Shown here in pieces: positions 1-12,970 of a DNA stretch of 50,304 nucleotides. Location of the stretch: positions 39,426,048 to 39,476,351 of the forward strand of contig NC_068993.1 in NCBI RefSeq assembly GCF_001194135.2. Direction: 5' to 3'. How positions within the stretch are numbered: the stretch's first letter is position 1; each line of letters opens with the position of its first letter. The stretch comes from Octopus bimaculoides (taxonomy: Eukaryota). A program made the translations under genes and the position numbers. Under the pieces are notes generated by a model. The model worked only from the letters and a program-made list of their open reading frames with translations, was not told the origin of the DNA and made no database searches.

Positions 1-812
1 CAGACTTTTAACCCCCACCCTGCATCAAGTGAGTCCATGCACACGTGTGCATGCGTGTGCATAAGGAAAGACATTTACTAACAGAAAAGTATGCTATTAC
101 AATAAATTATCCATTAAATACCTTTCTTTGAATCACAGCTCTGTCGCCCTAATGAAATTCCTTACACACATGCATACACACACGTGTGCACACTGCATGA
201 GTGATTTACTTTCATAGAGGATGAAAGAGAGATTGTGAGAATGTGGTAAAAATGTATAGAGAGGGGGAAAGTTTACCACGAGGAAAGTGAAAAATGAAAG
301 ACGTAGACATGTCTTCTGTTGCTGTCACAGATTTTGAAATTTTAAAATTAAGTGAAAATTTTCAGATTTGGTATATTGCTGTACATTTTCATGCTGAATC
401 CGAGTTTTTGTGATTCTTTTATTCCAGAAAAATTTTAGAAACATGGTACAGAGGTTTGAAATCTTATCAATCTTATCCAATCAGAAAACAGGATTTGTGT
501 GAAACAGCTGTAATAGAATGAGAGTAAACATTAGAAGATACAAAATCAAAGCAATGCATGAGAGTTAATACATATACACAGAGAGGGAGTGATAAGGAAT
601 GCAGTAAAAGATAGATTCATGGTAACAGATAGAGAGAAGAGATGTCAATCTAAAGTTGAGTTATTTCTTATAGCAAATTATATTTTTTCTTATTATTTGA
701 GGACAATCTTCTCTTTGAGATGCAGATTTCAAAAACGTTTTTCATGCAGATGCACCATTTCAGAGCCTTTTGGAGCTAAGCACATATACATAACCAGATG
801 CACTCACATTTA

Positions 813-1050
813 CAAAGTGGCCCAAAAGTAGGATTACAGTTATTCAACTATCCCTTTCGCATTCATATATTAACAGTTTAGATCTTAATTATAAAAAAAA
901 CATATGAAACCATTATTCTTTGCTAATTTAGTTAATCTTGTCAAGCTCCCTTTTCAGTTTGTAAGATAGAAATTTAAATGTAATAAAATGTTTTAAAAGA
1001 AATTTAAACTGCCTATGTGATAAATGTAAACCTACTTTTGGGCCACCCTG
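813..1050. mobile_element. Tc1/mariner-type MITE, copy 1 (~238 bp)
   Basis: TIRs CAAAGTGGCCCAAAAGTAGGATTACA / TGTAAACCTACTTTTGGGCCACCCTG, TA on both sides (811-812, 1051-1052). The interior matches 12739-12970 in reverse complement. Confidence 0.85.
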
Positions 1051-1062
1051 TATGTAATATGT

Positions 1063-1300
1063 CATCATCATCATCATCATCATCATTTAGCATCTGTTTT
1101 CCATACTGGCATGCATTAGATGGTGTGACTTGAACTAGTAAACTGGCGAGCTGTCCCTGGCTGCAGTCTGATTTTAGCTTGGTTTCTAAGTCTTGATGCC
1201 CTTCCTAACACCAACTAATCCCAGAGTGTAGTGGGTGCTTTTACATGTCACTGGCACAGTCCACAATTAGGGTTTCACTTGGCTTGATGTGCCTTCTCAA
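1063..1300 (-). mobile_element. SINE-like retroposon 3' portion (family G) with (GAT)n tail
   Basis: (CAT)n tail, then TTTTCCATACTGGCATG and GATGCCCTTCCTAACACCAAC. The tail is homologous to the plus-strand copy at 44500-44655. Confidence 0.65.
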
Positions 1301-2084
1301 GAAGTTAACGTGAACTTATTTGGGGAAATCAATACTTAATCATCATCTCCTTTGAAATAGTCACCTTGTGCAGCAATGCACCAGTCCTAGAATTCCTGTC
1401 ACATCTGGAATCTTGACAATGGTGTTAAAATGGTTACCTTCGAGCTGCATTTCCATCTTGGGGAAGAGATGGAAGTTGACAGGAGCTAAATCTGGCAAAT
1501 TGGGTGGGTGCGGAAGTGATATCTTTTTTTTTTTTTTTCGGTGAGAATCTCATGAGTGAGGAGAGCTTGGTGACATGGTGCATTGCTGTTGGAAAGAATC
1601 CAATTTTACATGCTCCACAAAACTGGTCACTTTTGCTGAATGTCCTCCCTCAGTCGTTTCAAAACGTTGTAGTATAACTCTTGATCAATGGTCTGGCTCT
1701 GGAAAACTAATACTCAATGCACAATACCAGAGATGATGGAAAAAATTATGAGCATGCTCTTCATTAAGGTGTGACTCTGTCATATGCCCTTGCCACATGA
1801 AACATTGTGTACAACCCATTGCCTCATTGTCATAAGCTTGCCAAAGCATGCTCCATGTCTCTGTAGCAGACTTCCTAAGTTTAATGCAGAATTTCATACT
1901 AGGTCTTTGTTCCAACTTCCTGTCCATGACAAAAATCGCAGGCTACAGCATACACGTGATCACAAAAACAAAAATTTCACACCTTGCGAAGTAAACACAG
2001 TGATGTCACTGCTAGCTCTCACTATGCACACAACCATGTGCTACCACCTGTTGGCATGCTACAGAACTTTTTGGTATCACCTTG
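1300..2084 (-). pseudogene. Internally deleted mariner (DD34D) transposase pseudogene
   Basis: Minus-strand N-terminus MDRKLEQR..KFCIKLRKSATET (HTH region). After a deletion and frameshift: KSMLIIF..GIVH..QTIDQELYYNVLKRLREDI..WIL..NAPCH and LPHPPNLPDLAPVNFHLFPKM (YSPDLAP motif). TIR-like end GAACTTTTTGGTATCACCTTG at 2064-2084. Several stops. Confidence 0.85.
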
Positions 2085-4333
2085 CATTTATGTTTAGATT
2101 GTTAAATGTGTCATTGTTTTCAATATGTTGTGTGTATATGTGTATGCTCTGTGCAGGTGATGTTGTGTGCCATATTAGGGCAACACACACAAAGAATGCA
2201 AGAAAGAAAAATCAGCAGCCGATTGCAGATAGAGAGTCATTTGAGAAGGTCACAGGAATGGTGTGAGGAAAAATTCTTGCTCAATACTAAATAAAAAGAA
2301 AGAGTGCGACTGTCTTTTTAATATCAAAACGATCTTCCCATGGCATGTATCTTAAATTTTAAGTATAATGTGACAGCATCAACATGAGATTGCATCCCCC
2401 AAAACATGTTACACATTAAAACACACATAGCACACTCACACACACAAACACACCACAAACGTACGTTTATATATATACATACATACACACATGTACATGT
2501 ATATATGTATATACACATGCATATATATATAGATATATATATGTAAAGATATGCATACTGGCATACTTATATATGTGTGTGTGTATGTGTGCAAATAAAT
2601 ATGAATATACATGCATATATATGTATACATATAGTTATATATGTGTATATACATGTCTGTGTGTGTGTGTGTATATATATATGTATGTATGTATATATTC
2701 CTGCTAATTAGTTTGTTCAATTTCATTAACATCCAGTGGATGAACATGCACTTGAGATGGGAGATAGAGAGAGAGAGAAATTGTGGGAAAAAGAAATAGA
2801 GAGAGAAGAGAGAATGGAGTATTATTTTTAATTAGTCATTCAAACATTTCAGTTTCAACTTGTCTCCCACCTAAATTAATTAACATTATCAGAATTTGTT
2901 AATTGTTTTAAGCATCCTTCATTATGAACGAGATATATTTAATGATAGAGTAAAACAGAAATTATATCCATAGTCATATTTATTTTTTTTTATGTATATT
3001 TATATGTGTGTGTGTGTATATATATGTGTGTATATTTTCGATCCTGGAAGTTTGGCATCTAAATTATTGCTGATGTAGAGGAAAAAAATATAAATTAGAA
3101 TAAAATAATGAAATAAAAACAAATTATTATGTTTTGAAAATATACATTTACAAGTAGAAAATAAGAATCTGAAAACTTAGATTTATGAAAGGTAAATAAT
3201 CTTAATTCCATGAAGAGTAAACGTAATTTTACAAAATATTACAAAATTATATTTTCTATTTATTTACACCAAGTTGTTTCAATTAAAGTAAATCAAATAT
3301 TTTTTCTTAAATATGCAAATCATTTTTACTATCCATCTACCACTAAATGAAAGAAAAAAATTATAATTTTCTGAAAATTTTGTTGGATACAAAATGTTTC
3401 TGATAAGATGTCACTGAATGTTATGTAACTTAAATATAATTATTGTAAATATAATTATGGTATTTTTCAGTATGGAAAATGCACTTTTTTGTAAAATAAA
3501 TACTTTGAAAATTACCATGCATCTTCTGTGATGCTGTTTGAGTATCCTTGGATAGTTAAAATAAAGAGAATAGAAACAAACGACCATCCAGGTGGCCATT
3601 GTATGGTGATTTTTGCTCAATGATGGGCCCGAACACTTTGCTGGTTTATATACTAATTTTGTGTAATAACAGGTATTTAGTGTGTGCCTACTGGTAACTG
3701 CCTGATCATGTAGATAGGACATTGGTGAAAATAAAAAAGCTTTCTCTCAGAATTATATTTCCATAAACAGAGTGTATACTTCCACAATGCTGTGATTATT
3801 TATGCTACAAAATATGGCATCTCTAAAATTGAATGAACTTCCGAGAATTGTTCAGTTCCTAATATAGAAGAACTTCTATTAGATTTTGGTAAGTTAACTT
3901 ACCAAAGAAAGCAAAGAATATAATGTCATGAGTTCTTGCTCTTTGTCTGAGAGTAGGAGAACTAAAAACATTACTGTTTTCCATTTGGTGACATTTTGCT
4001 AAATTTGAGGCAACCAAAGGCACAACTTTCTCCCTTTTTCTCTCAGTTGTTATTATTACTCTCTTCTTTCCCCCTCCCTACTTTCTGATGAAGAGCAAGG
4101 AGGTAAAAATCCCTAAACATTAAAGTCTTCAATCTGCACTTCTAGTAACTTTCTTCATCCTTAACTATTATTGATTTGATGGACAATACCTTTATTATCT
4201 TCTGTCATTCTGTCTCACCCTTTACTCTCTGATGGAGGGCACACACATTAACTGTTAAAGTTTTCAACCTTCACAAGAACTGAATCTACAAGATACTTCT
4301 AAAATTGTTCCTGTGCCCTAATTGTTGACTTAA

Positions 4334-4551
4334 CCCACCAAGTCCCAGAGTACTTAAATTTCTGAATATTACTTATAAATTTTTACAGATGATTGAAAAT
4401 AGGTTAAAATGAAAAAATCAATTATTAAAACTCCTTCAAGTAGAAATGGAAATACTTGGTGTCCTATAAATAGGACACTGAGACAATGTGATATAGCTTA
4501 TTTAATGTTCTCAATTAGTGTCCTATTTATAGGACAGTTGAACTTAACGGG
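4334..4551. mobile_element. piggyBac-like MITE 1
   Basis: TTAA|CCC...GGG|TTAA ends (TTAA 4330-4333 and 4552-4555). Two internal palindromes, GTGTCCTATAAATAGGACAC (4459-4478) and GTGTCCTATTTATAGGACA (4518-4536). Confidence 0.6.
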
Positions 4552-4555
4552 TTAA

Positions 4556-4775
4556 CCCTCTAGCATTCAAATTACTCTGTCTATGGAATGCTTATTTATT
4601 CACATTGTTTTGAATTAATCATGCATTATCTCATAGCTTTGAAATTTCAATGATGTGATTGTTTAATTTCAGAATGACAGTGTAGGGGAGGTGTGAGAGG
4701 TCAGATCTCGCTAGTTTGACAATAAAACAAATAGAATATTTTTACTGGATATGGCTGGTTTTAAATGTGAAAGGG
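4556..4775. mobile_element. piggyBac-like MITE 2
   Basis: TTAA|CCCTCTAGCATT ... AATGTGAAAGGG|TTCA: imperfect TIRs, TTAA target with one mismatch on the right. Confidence 0.7.
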
Positions 4776-5211
4776 TTCACAAACCATTCATTTATTAGTT
4801 TTTTCCTGTTCCTAATATTAGCTCAAATCCTTATGCAGACTTGTTGATGAAGAATCTTTCCTACAATACAGCATTCAGAAACCAAAGAAAACCATAATTT
4901 GGTGACATAGGAATTTTTATTTTCTACATCATCATGCTCATCATCCATCTCACAATATAAGTCCAATGTACAGACATAGGCTTTAACACTCCATGGCATC
5001 TGTCTGCAGATTGGTGGAATGAGTCAGAGAGATTTTTGTTTCTTGACCATTTACACATTTACCAAACCTATAACAAGAATTTGTCAACCTTATGATTTGT
5101 GAGCTAAAACACAATATATTATTTGTGTGTATGTGTCTGCATATGTATATATATATGTGTGTATGTATATATATATGTGTGTGTGTGCGCAAATATGTGT
5201 GTATGTGTATA

Positions 5212-5242
<31 letters not shown>

Positions 5243-5289
5243 GCATGTGTATATATGCATATATATTTATATATATATATATATGTGTG

Positions 5290-5371
5290 TGTATGTGTTT
5301 GTGTGTCAATATATATGTGTGTATATATATATATCTATACCTATATGTGTGTATATATATATATCTATACC

Positions 5372-5402
<31 letters not shown>

Positions 5403-5410
5403 CCATACCT
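5290..5410. repeat. ~30-bp minisatellite within (TA)n/(TG)n field
   Basis: ATATGTGTGTATATATATATATCTATACCT-like unit occurs about three times. Confidence 0.6.
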
Positions 5411-5565
5411 ATATATTTGTATGTGTGTGTGTGTGTGTGTGTGGCACGTGCATTCCATGTGTGTCTATAAAATACATATTTATAAAATTGCAGCCATAAA
5501 ATGAATTTTGTATATCGAGTTAGCCTCATATTCATCATCAACTCTAAAACAACAGTACAAACACT

Positions 5566-5600
<35 letters not shown>

Positions 5601-5800
5601 CAACAAAGACAGAAGCTTTAGAGATAAAAGTTTCAGTGACAATCTAAGAACAGGGAGTTTGGTTTGATTCCCACCTGTACAGTGTTGTTTTGTTCCTTTT
5701 GTAATCCTGTATTTATGGATGATTTAACTTAAATTATATGTAATAATGCATACACACACGCTAACAAATACATGTACTATTAGACTACACTAACAATGAA

Positions 5801-5860
<60 letters not shown>

Positions 5861-7579
5861 ATGTATGTATGTATGAATAGATGCATGTATAAACTTGTAC
5901 ACATGAATAAATAGTTGAATTAATGAGATGTAGGAGTGAAAACGAGCTATCCACCCTAGGTTGAGAAATGAAATAAAAATGTCGACATCAAGTAAAAAAA
6001 TATGGTGGAAATGAATAAAAAGAACGCCATTTATGTTCCTTACAGGCTGTTTAATGTAATCTGGTGAAAGAAAAGAGAATAGTTAAGGTTATCTAGAGAA
6101 TGAGAAAGCTAACAAGACAGTGTGGAGCAAAGCTAACCATTAAATACCAAAGGCTGGCGAAGTATTTCCTTCCAACCACCCAACACACCCACTGAGTCCA
6201 CTGTAGATATAGATGCTTATTATTATTTTTTATGTAGAGTTTGATGTGCAGTTGTGTTTGTGTTAGCAAGGGTCTGGTGGTAAAGGTTAAATTGATATGG
6301 AAATAGAGACTACAAGATAAAACAGCAGAAAAAAATCTATGAATATGTAAGATGGCCATTGTAAATCTATCAGTTTTATTAAAATACATGCTGAAAACAA
6401 TTGACGTTTTGCTGAGCTTCCGGAGAATTCTGGCAATTGTAATAAACCAATAACGGATTATAAATCTCTTGACAAAACCATGGAAGCCAGCTTTATATAA
6501 CCTGACAAGCAGCTACATCTAACACAAAGAAAATGCTTTTGTCTTTTTATTTATTTATTTGGAACTGACATGAATATCTTTGTAATAAAGGCTAAGCTCT
6601 TATACAAAGAATATTCTCCTGATTAAAGCTGCAGTATATACAGGAAGGAATTAGCATTTGATTTCTCAAGAAATTGGATATTATTCTTGTTGTGAGTCTA
6701 TTTTGTGTGGTTTTCACCTGGATTTTATGGAACCAAATAGTTAGTTGAGTAAATTTCTCTGTGACCACAAAGGCAATCTTACCTTATAGTAAAGAAGATG
6801 CGACAGCTTAGGAAACAGATTACCAATCTCTTAAAAAGAAAGTGCAATGTTTTGGACAAAGCTTACAACCTAGAAATCAGTTGGAAAAAAAAAAAAAATG
6901 CATCGCAGACCAGACCATCTTCAAACAACATCATGAAAGTGGGATGACAGCAACTGATACATAGTTACTAAATCAAACATCGAGAGGAGATCTATTATGT
7001 CTGTGCATGCATTTTCATGCACATAAACATGTATATCTTTATACATATGTATAAATTGATATGTGTATATGTGTACATAAAAATACTCTCTTAAACTTAC
7101 ATATATGTATGCATTTATGTTGCTAAGTATTTATGCATGTACATATGAGTGTGTATACATCTGTATCACAATTTTCTATTTTGTTATATAATGTTTTGTG
7201 TGGAAGAAATTTTTTTCTTGAATTGGTCAAGAAGAGATTGTCTTTGTGGCATCCACAGACTTTCTAAAATCAAAGTCTTCGATTTGGTTACTGTTTCTCT
7301 TAAATATTTACAAGTTGAAAGCTAATCTTTGACCAGCTGGAGCAACAGCACTTTGTTCATTACATCCCAATACATATCTGTTAGACTATTTACAAGGTAA
7401 TACAAACTATATAAGCTTCCTAGTTCTGTTATTCTTTAATTTATTTTAACTATTCTGTTACCATATTTCTGCTGAAATATATTACTTTTGTTCCAATTAA
7501 TTTTGAAAAGAATGAAATATTTAGTAGCATAACATCATCATCATTAAACTGATGTTTGATATCAATTAACATGAGTTTC

Positions 7580-8688
7580 AATGGAAGGATTTTAATTTAG
7601 ATCATTTTGGAATGGTAAATTTACATCATAGACTCTAAGATGGTCTCAGATGGTTCTGGTATCAAAAGAGTTTAAAACAACCGCAGGTAAAGACTCACTG
7701 CTCACAAACAATACTTTTCTTTTATAGTGTGTGAGAGAGAATGGTGTTACAGAACATATGCGCCAAAAGCTGCCTTCAAGATTTTGGTCAGAAAATTTTT
7801 CATTCCTCACTCTAGCTGACCAACAGAAATTAACAGTAACAAAATAAAGGTGTTAGTTGACACTGACCCCTGCTATATGACCAGAGTGATCGTAGAAATT
7901 CCCTAAATATCCAAAATGAGTGTTTGAAAGTCTTCTGCATCAATTTGGTCTTGTCAGCAGGTTCAATGTTTGAGTCCCACATCAATTAAATAAAGAGAAT
8001 ATGGCCCAATGAATGTTTATCTGCAATTCATTGTGTGCAAAGAAAACAGCTGTTGTTTGCTTGAAGAGAAAGGTGACTGTAAGTGAAAAATGGATCTTAT
8101 ATGGCAATGTGAAGTGCAAACCACCACAAACAACCTCCAATACAAGACTTCACCAGAAGAAGATTATGCTTTTAATTTGGTAGGATTCGAAAAACGTATT
8201 GTTTTATGGGCTTCTTGCTCTGAGCAGAACCATCAATGCAGATGTGTATTGTGACCTGCTGAACAAATTAAATATAATGATCCACCAGAAGCATCTGGAA
8301 CTTACTAACTGAAAGGACATTGCCCTTCATGACAATACCAAACTACACACTCACACTTCTTTGCAGATATGGCAGAAGTCACTGGGGCTTGGCTGAGAAG
8401 TTTTGCTACACCCTCCATACTTGATCCTTCAGATTTTCATCTGTTTCAGTTTCTTCATTGAATGGACAGGCCTTCAACTCTGAAGGAGATATGAAAATTC
8501 ACTTGGAAGAGATTTTCATCAGTAAAGATAGGAAATTCTCAGAGAAAGAAATAATGGATCTACCCACAAGATGGTAGAAGAAACTGGAACTAAATGGTAA
8601 TATAACTGATAGAATAAAATCACTTTGTGTTTAAAATTAAAGTCATATTTTCACTTTAAAAACTGAATGGACGTTTTGGCCAACCCAA
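7580..8688 (+). pseudogene. Near full-length decayed mariner transposase (Hsmar1/cecropia-like)
   Basis: Translation across stops and frameshifts gives ENGVTEHMRQK..RF, VPHQL, EKWILYGNVK, HQKKIMLLIW, TINADVYC, LHDN, EVLLHPPY..PSDFHLF and LPTRW. Right TIR TTTTGGCCAACCCAA followed by TA at 8689-8690. Left TIR not seen. Confidence 0.85.
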
Positions 8689-8700
8689 TATATATATAAA

Positions 8701-8782
<82 letters not shown>

Positions 8783-8825
8783 ATTGATGGAAGATGGGAG
8801 ACAAAAGAATGTTTATTAATCATTA

Positions 8826-8986
8826 CAATTGTTTCGACCAGCCTAGCATCGATCTCTTATGGGTGGTATACTTAGCAACTGGTTTAGGAGTAGCCATCTC
8901 TCTCATTAATCAAATTTCCAACAAACACTGTGAAAATGAATGTGCTTTACTGGTAATCAACCAAGTGTATACCATACTATCTATCA

Positions 8987-8990
<4 letters not shown>
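8826..8990. mobile_element. Partial MITE sharing a terminus with the 38779-38949 element
   Basis: TA|CAATTGTTTCGAC start is identical to the TIR of the 38779 element. The other end is not found and runs into (TA)n and a gap. Confidence 0.35.
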
Positions 8991-9020
<30 letters not shown>

Positions 9021-10581
9021 NNNNNNNNNNNNNNNNNNNNNNNNNNNNNNNNNNNNNNNNNNNNNNNNNNNNNNNNNNNNNNTACCATCTTTGTTAGAAG
9101 GTATCCAGAGGCAGGTAATTTATTGTTTAAACAGCAGTTTATAATTATAATTAAGTGGAGAATGGAGAAACAAACACAAGAAAAAGCAAGTCAATTGGGC
9201 TAGTTAGCCATTCATTTAATTATGTGGAGATTATACACACACACATATACACACACACANNNNNNNNNNNNNNNNNNNNNNNNNNNNNNNNNNNNNNNNN
9301 NNNNNNNNNNNNNNNNNNNNNNNNNNNNNNNNNNNNNNNNNNNNNNNNNNNNNNNNNNNNNNNNNNNNNNNNNNNNNNNNNNNNNNNNNNNNNNNNNNNN
9401 NNNNNNNNNNNNNNNNNNNNNNNNNNNNNNNNNNNNNNNNNNNNNNNNNNNNNNNNNNNNNNNNNNNNNNNNNNNNNNNNNNNNNNNNNNNNNNNNNNNN
9501 NNNNNNNNNNNNNNNNNNNNNNNNNNNNNNNNNNNNNNNNNNNNNNNNNNNNNNNNNNNNNNNNNNNNNNNNNNNNNNNNNNNNNNNNNNNNNNNNNNNN
9601 NNNNNNNNNNNNNNNNNNNNNNNNNNNNNNNNNNNNNNNNNNNNNNNNNNNNNNNNNNNNNNNNNNNNNNNNNNNNNNNNNNNNNNNNNNNNNNNNNNNN
9701 NNNNNNNNNNNNNNNNNNNNNNNNNNNNNNNNNNNNNNNNNNNNNNNNNNNNNNNNNNNNNNNNNNNNNNNNNNNNNNNNNNNNNNNNNNNNNNNNNNNN
9801 NNNNNNNNNNNNNNNNNNNNNNNNNNNNNNNNNTATATATATATATATATACATATAGATACACATATATATATACATACATACATATAAATATATATAT
9901 ATATACATACATATATATATGTATATATATATATACATGCATGCATATATATACAATATATACACATATTTATATATGTATATATGTGCGTGTATGTGTG
10001 TATTATATATACATATACACACATATGTAGTTATGTATATAATTGTGTATATATTTTAATGTGCCTGTATATTTTCATATGTGTATGGGTTTGTATTCAT
10101 CATGTATGTATATATGTGTGTGCATGTGTGTGTGTTTTGAATGGTCCAAGAGAAGGGAGGGAAAAAAACAACAAAAAAAATTGTCTGGGATCAGAAGCTG
10201 TGTTAATGGCAAAATAAGACACACATTTACAGTGAAGAAGAATCAATGGCGTCCCTCCACAACTGCCCACCCACCCTCAAAAGAACTATTGTCTCAATCA
10301 CGTCTGAAATAATCTTTCAAAGAAAAGCCATTGGCAATTGTTAAAACAAATCAGAAAACAAAAACAAAATAAAAATTACTTTGGGGAAAAAATATATTCA
10401 ATGACACATATGTATTATACATTCATATAATCTACACACAATTACCGCATATATATATATACGTGTGTGTATGTGTGTGTGTGTTTGGATGTATATTTGT
10501 GTATATGCATATATATACATACACATACATTTGGATTTACAAATGAAAGAAAAAGTACTTATATTTTGAAGAAATGAATAC

Positions 10582-10613
<32 letters not shown>

Positions 10614-11544
10614 NNNNNNNNNNNNNNNNNNNNNNNNNNNNNNNNNNNNNNNNNNNNNNNNNNNNNNNNNNNNNNNNNNNNNNNNNNNNNNNNNNNNNNN
10701 NNNNNNNNNNNNNNNNNNNNNNNNNNNNNNNNNNNNNNNNNNNNNNNNNNNNNNNNNNNNNNNNNNNNNNNNNNNNNNNNNNNNNNNNNNNNNNNNNNNN
10801 NNNNNNNNNNNNNNNNNNNNNNNNNNNNNNNNNNNNNNNNNNNNNNNNNNNNNNNNNNNNNNNNNNNNNNNNNNNNNNNNNNNNNNNNNNNNNNNNNNNN
10901 NNNNNNNNNNNNNNNNNNNNNNNNNNNNNNNNNNNNNNNNNNNNNNNNNNNNNNNNNNNNGTGGCGAAAATGAAAGAATCAAAAAATTTTTAAATGTATA
11001 ACAAAGATGAAAATAAATATAAAATAGAAAATAAAAAAATAAACATCAAAAATGCAAAACAACATGGTGAATTGTAACAATTTATTCCTGTTTTCTGAAG
11101 TAAAAAGAAAAGCTATTTTAAAACATTTTAATTGATAAATATCTCATAAACATTCCATTCATATAATAGTTTTTATTTAAAAATTTTATTTTCTTATTTT
11201 TATTTGCATCATTGTTTAACCATTGACTTTTGCCTTACTTTGCTACTTTGCTGTAAAATATGTTTTAGAAGACTAATAACTGGCCAAGAAGGTAGAATGT
11301 TAAACTTCATTCTCACCAGTTGATAGTTCGTTTTCCAGCAGATGTTTTCTATTATGTTTTATCCTGATTTGAATGACCTAGCTGACAATGGTCGAATCTT
11401 AACTGTGAAGCAATACCATGATTTATCTTAACACAAGAAATGTTCAAAGTTAATAAGAAAAGACAGGGGTATTGAGTTAGTCTGCATGTGTCTCTTGTAG
11501 TCTTAGAAATAAAAGATACATCTTACATCACAACCTTGTTGTCA

Positions 11545-12165
11545 TCGTTGACATGTATTGTACACCTGCAGTGCATTGATGACACTACAACAAAAGTCTT
11601 CCCATTTAAGCATGAGTTCTCCAGCTGCCTTGCCAATCTTCTCCAACCAGCTTCTGTTATTGTCCATCCATTACATTCTCTACTTGCCTCTTTGATCCAC
11701 TGTTCTCAACTCTTCTTTCCATGATAATGTTTTCCAGACCTCTGCTTCTGCGAATGTGGCCTCAATAGAAGGGCTTTTGCTTTCTCACAATATTTAGGAG
11801 TTTTCGTCTTACCCCTATTCATTTGTCCAGAGATCCTTGTAAGAGACTCATAACATACTCTTAATATGCCCACATTTCAAACACATGTCCTCCTCAAATT
11901 TGTTCAGAGTCCATGCTTCATAACCATATAGATGTCTATTGAAGAAATAGGCGATCACATTAGCCTTGTTTTTAACTCAGTTGGCACACTTTTGCTGAAC
12001 CAGATGTTAAACTTTTCCATGGATGTTCTTACCATAGCTAGGCATTCTCTAACTTTTTTCTGATATGTAGCTTCATCAGAGATTTGATTTTAACATTTAC
12101 ACTCTCTTTTCCTACTTCTATGACTTCTGTTGAGATAAAGACCATTCATTTTTGATCCATTAAAA
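11545..12165 (-). mobile_element. RTE-clade LINE 3' fragment (post-RT region), decayed
   Basis: Minus-strand remnants resemble RTE C-termini: RECLAMVRTSMEKF.IW, ELKTRLM, IYGYEAWTLNKFEE, CLKCG..SML. Confidence 0.6.
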
Positions 12166-12349
12166 ATGCATGTCATCATCATCATCATCATCATCATCAT
12201 TATCATCATCATCATCATTATTTTAACATCCACTTTTCCATACTCATATGAGTTGCATGGAATTTGTTGAGGTAGATTTTCTACAGCGAGATGGCCTCTC
12301 TGTTGTCAAGTCCCATCTGTTTCCAGGTAAGGTAATATTTCCCCATGAC

Positions 12350-12567
12350 CAACACGGCAAGCTGGTGAAATCGTTAACACGCCGGGCGGAAATGCTTAGT
12401 GGTATTTTGTCTGTCTTTATGTTCTGAGTTCAAATTTTGCCAAGGTCGACTTTGCCTTTCATCCTTTTGAGGTCAATAAATTAAGTAGCAGTTGTGTACT
12501 GGGAGGTCTATCTAATCAACTGGTTCCCTCCCCAAAAGTTTTGAGCCATGTGCCTAGAGTAGAAAAG
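12350..12567 (+). mobile_element. SINE family B, full length, with 16-bp TSD
   Basis: GGCAAGCTGG..GAGTTCAAATT..GTCGACTTTGCCTTTCATCC. Perfect TSD AATATTTCCCCATGAC at 12334-12349 and 12568-12583. Confidence 0.9.
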
Positions 12568-12693
12568 AATATTTCCCCATGACTAGACATGTTTTTTTAA
12601 AAAATTGAAAATGAAGGACATCACCTGCTTAATGGTGGCACTTGTTTATAACTATAAAGTGATGTCAAAGCAAGGAGACTATAACACATACAT

Positions 12694-12724
<31 letters not shown>

Positions 12725-12738
12725 TGCTTACATATATG

Positions 12739-12970
12739 CAGGGTTGCCCAAAAGTAGGTTTACAGTTATGTGGGCACTTTAAATATCTTTTAAAACATTT
12801 TATTACATTTAAACTTCTATCTTACAAACTGAAAAGGGAGATTGACAAAATTAACTAAATTAGCATAGAATAATGGCTTCATATTTTTTAATAATTAAGA
12901 TCTAAACTGTTAATATATGAATGCGAAAGAGACAATTGTATAACTGTAAACCTACTTTTGGGTCACCCTG
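12739..12970. mobile_element. Tc1/mariner-type MITE, copy 2 (inverted relative to copy 1)
   Basis: TIRs CAGGGTTGCCCAAAAGTAGGTTTACAGTTAT / ATAACTGTAAACCTACTTTTGGGTCACCCTG, flanked by TG and TA. Confidence 0.88.

Noticed and set aside
3885-3906. Perfect 22-bp palindrome TTTGGTAAGTTAACTTACCAAA
   Set aside because: One such palindrome in 50 kb of AT-rich DNA is not very unlikely, and there is no supporting context.
10220-10312. Possible short exon on either strand
   Set aside because: Acceptor-like sites exist on both strands, but the peptides are unrecognisable and the frames could not be linked to other candidates.
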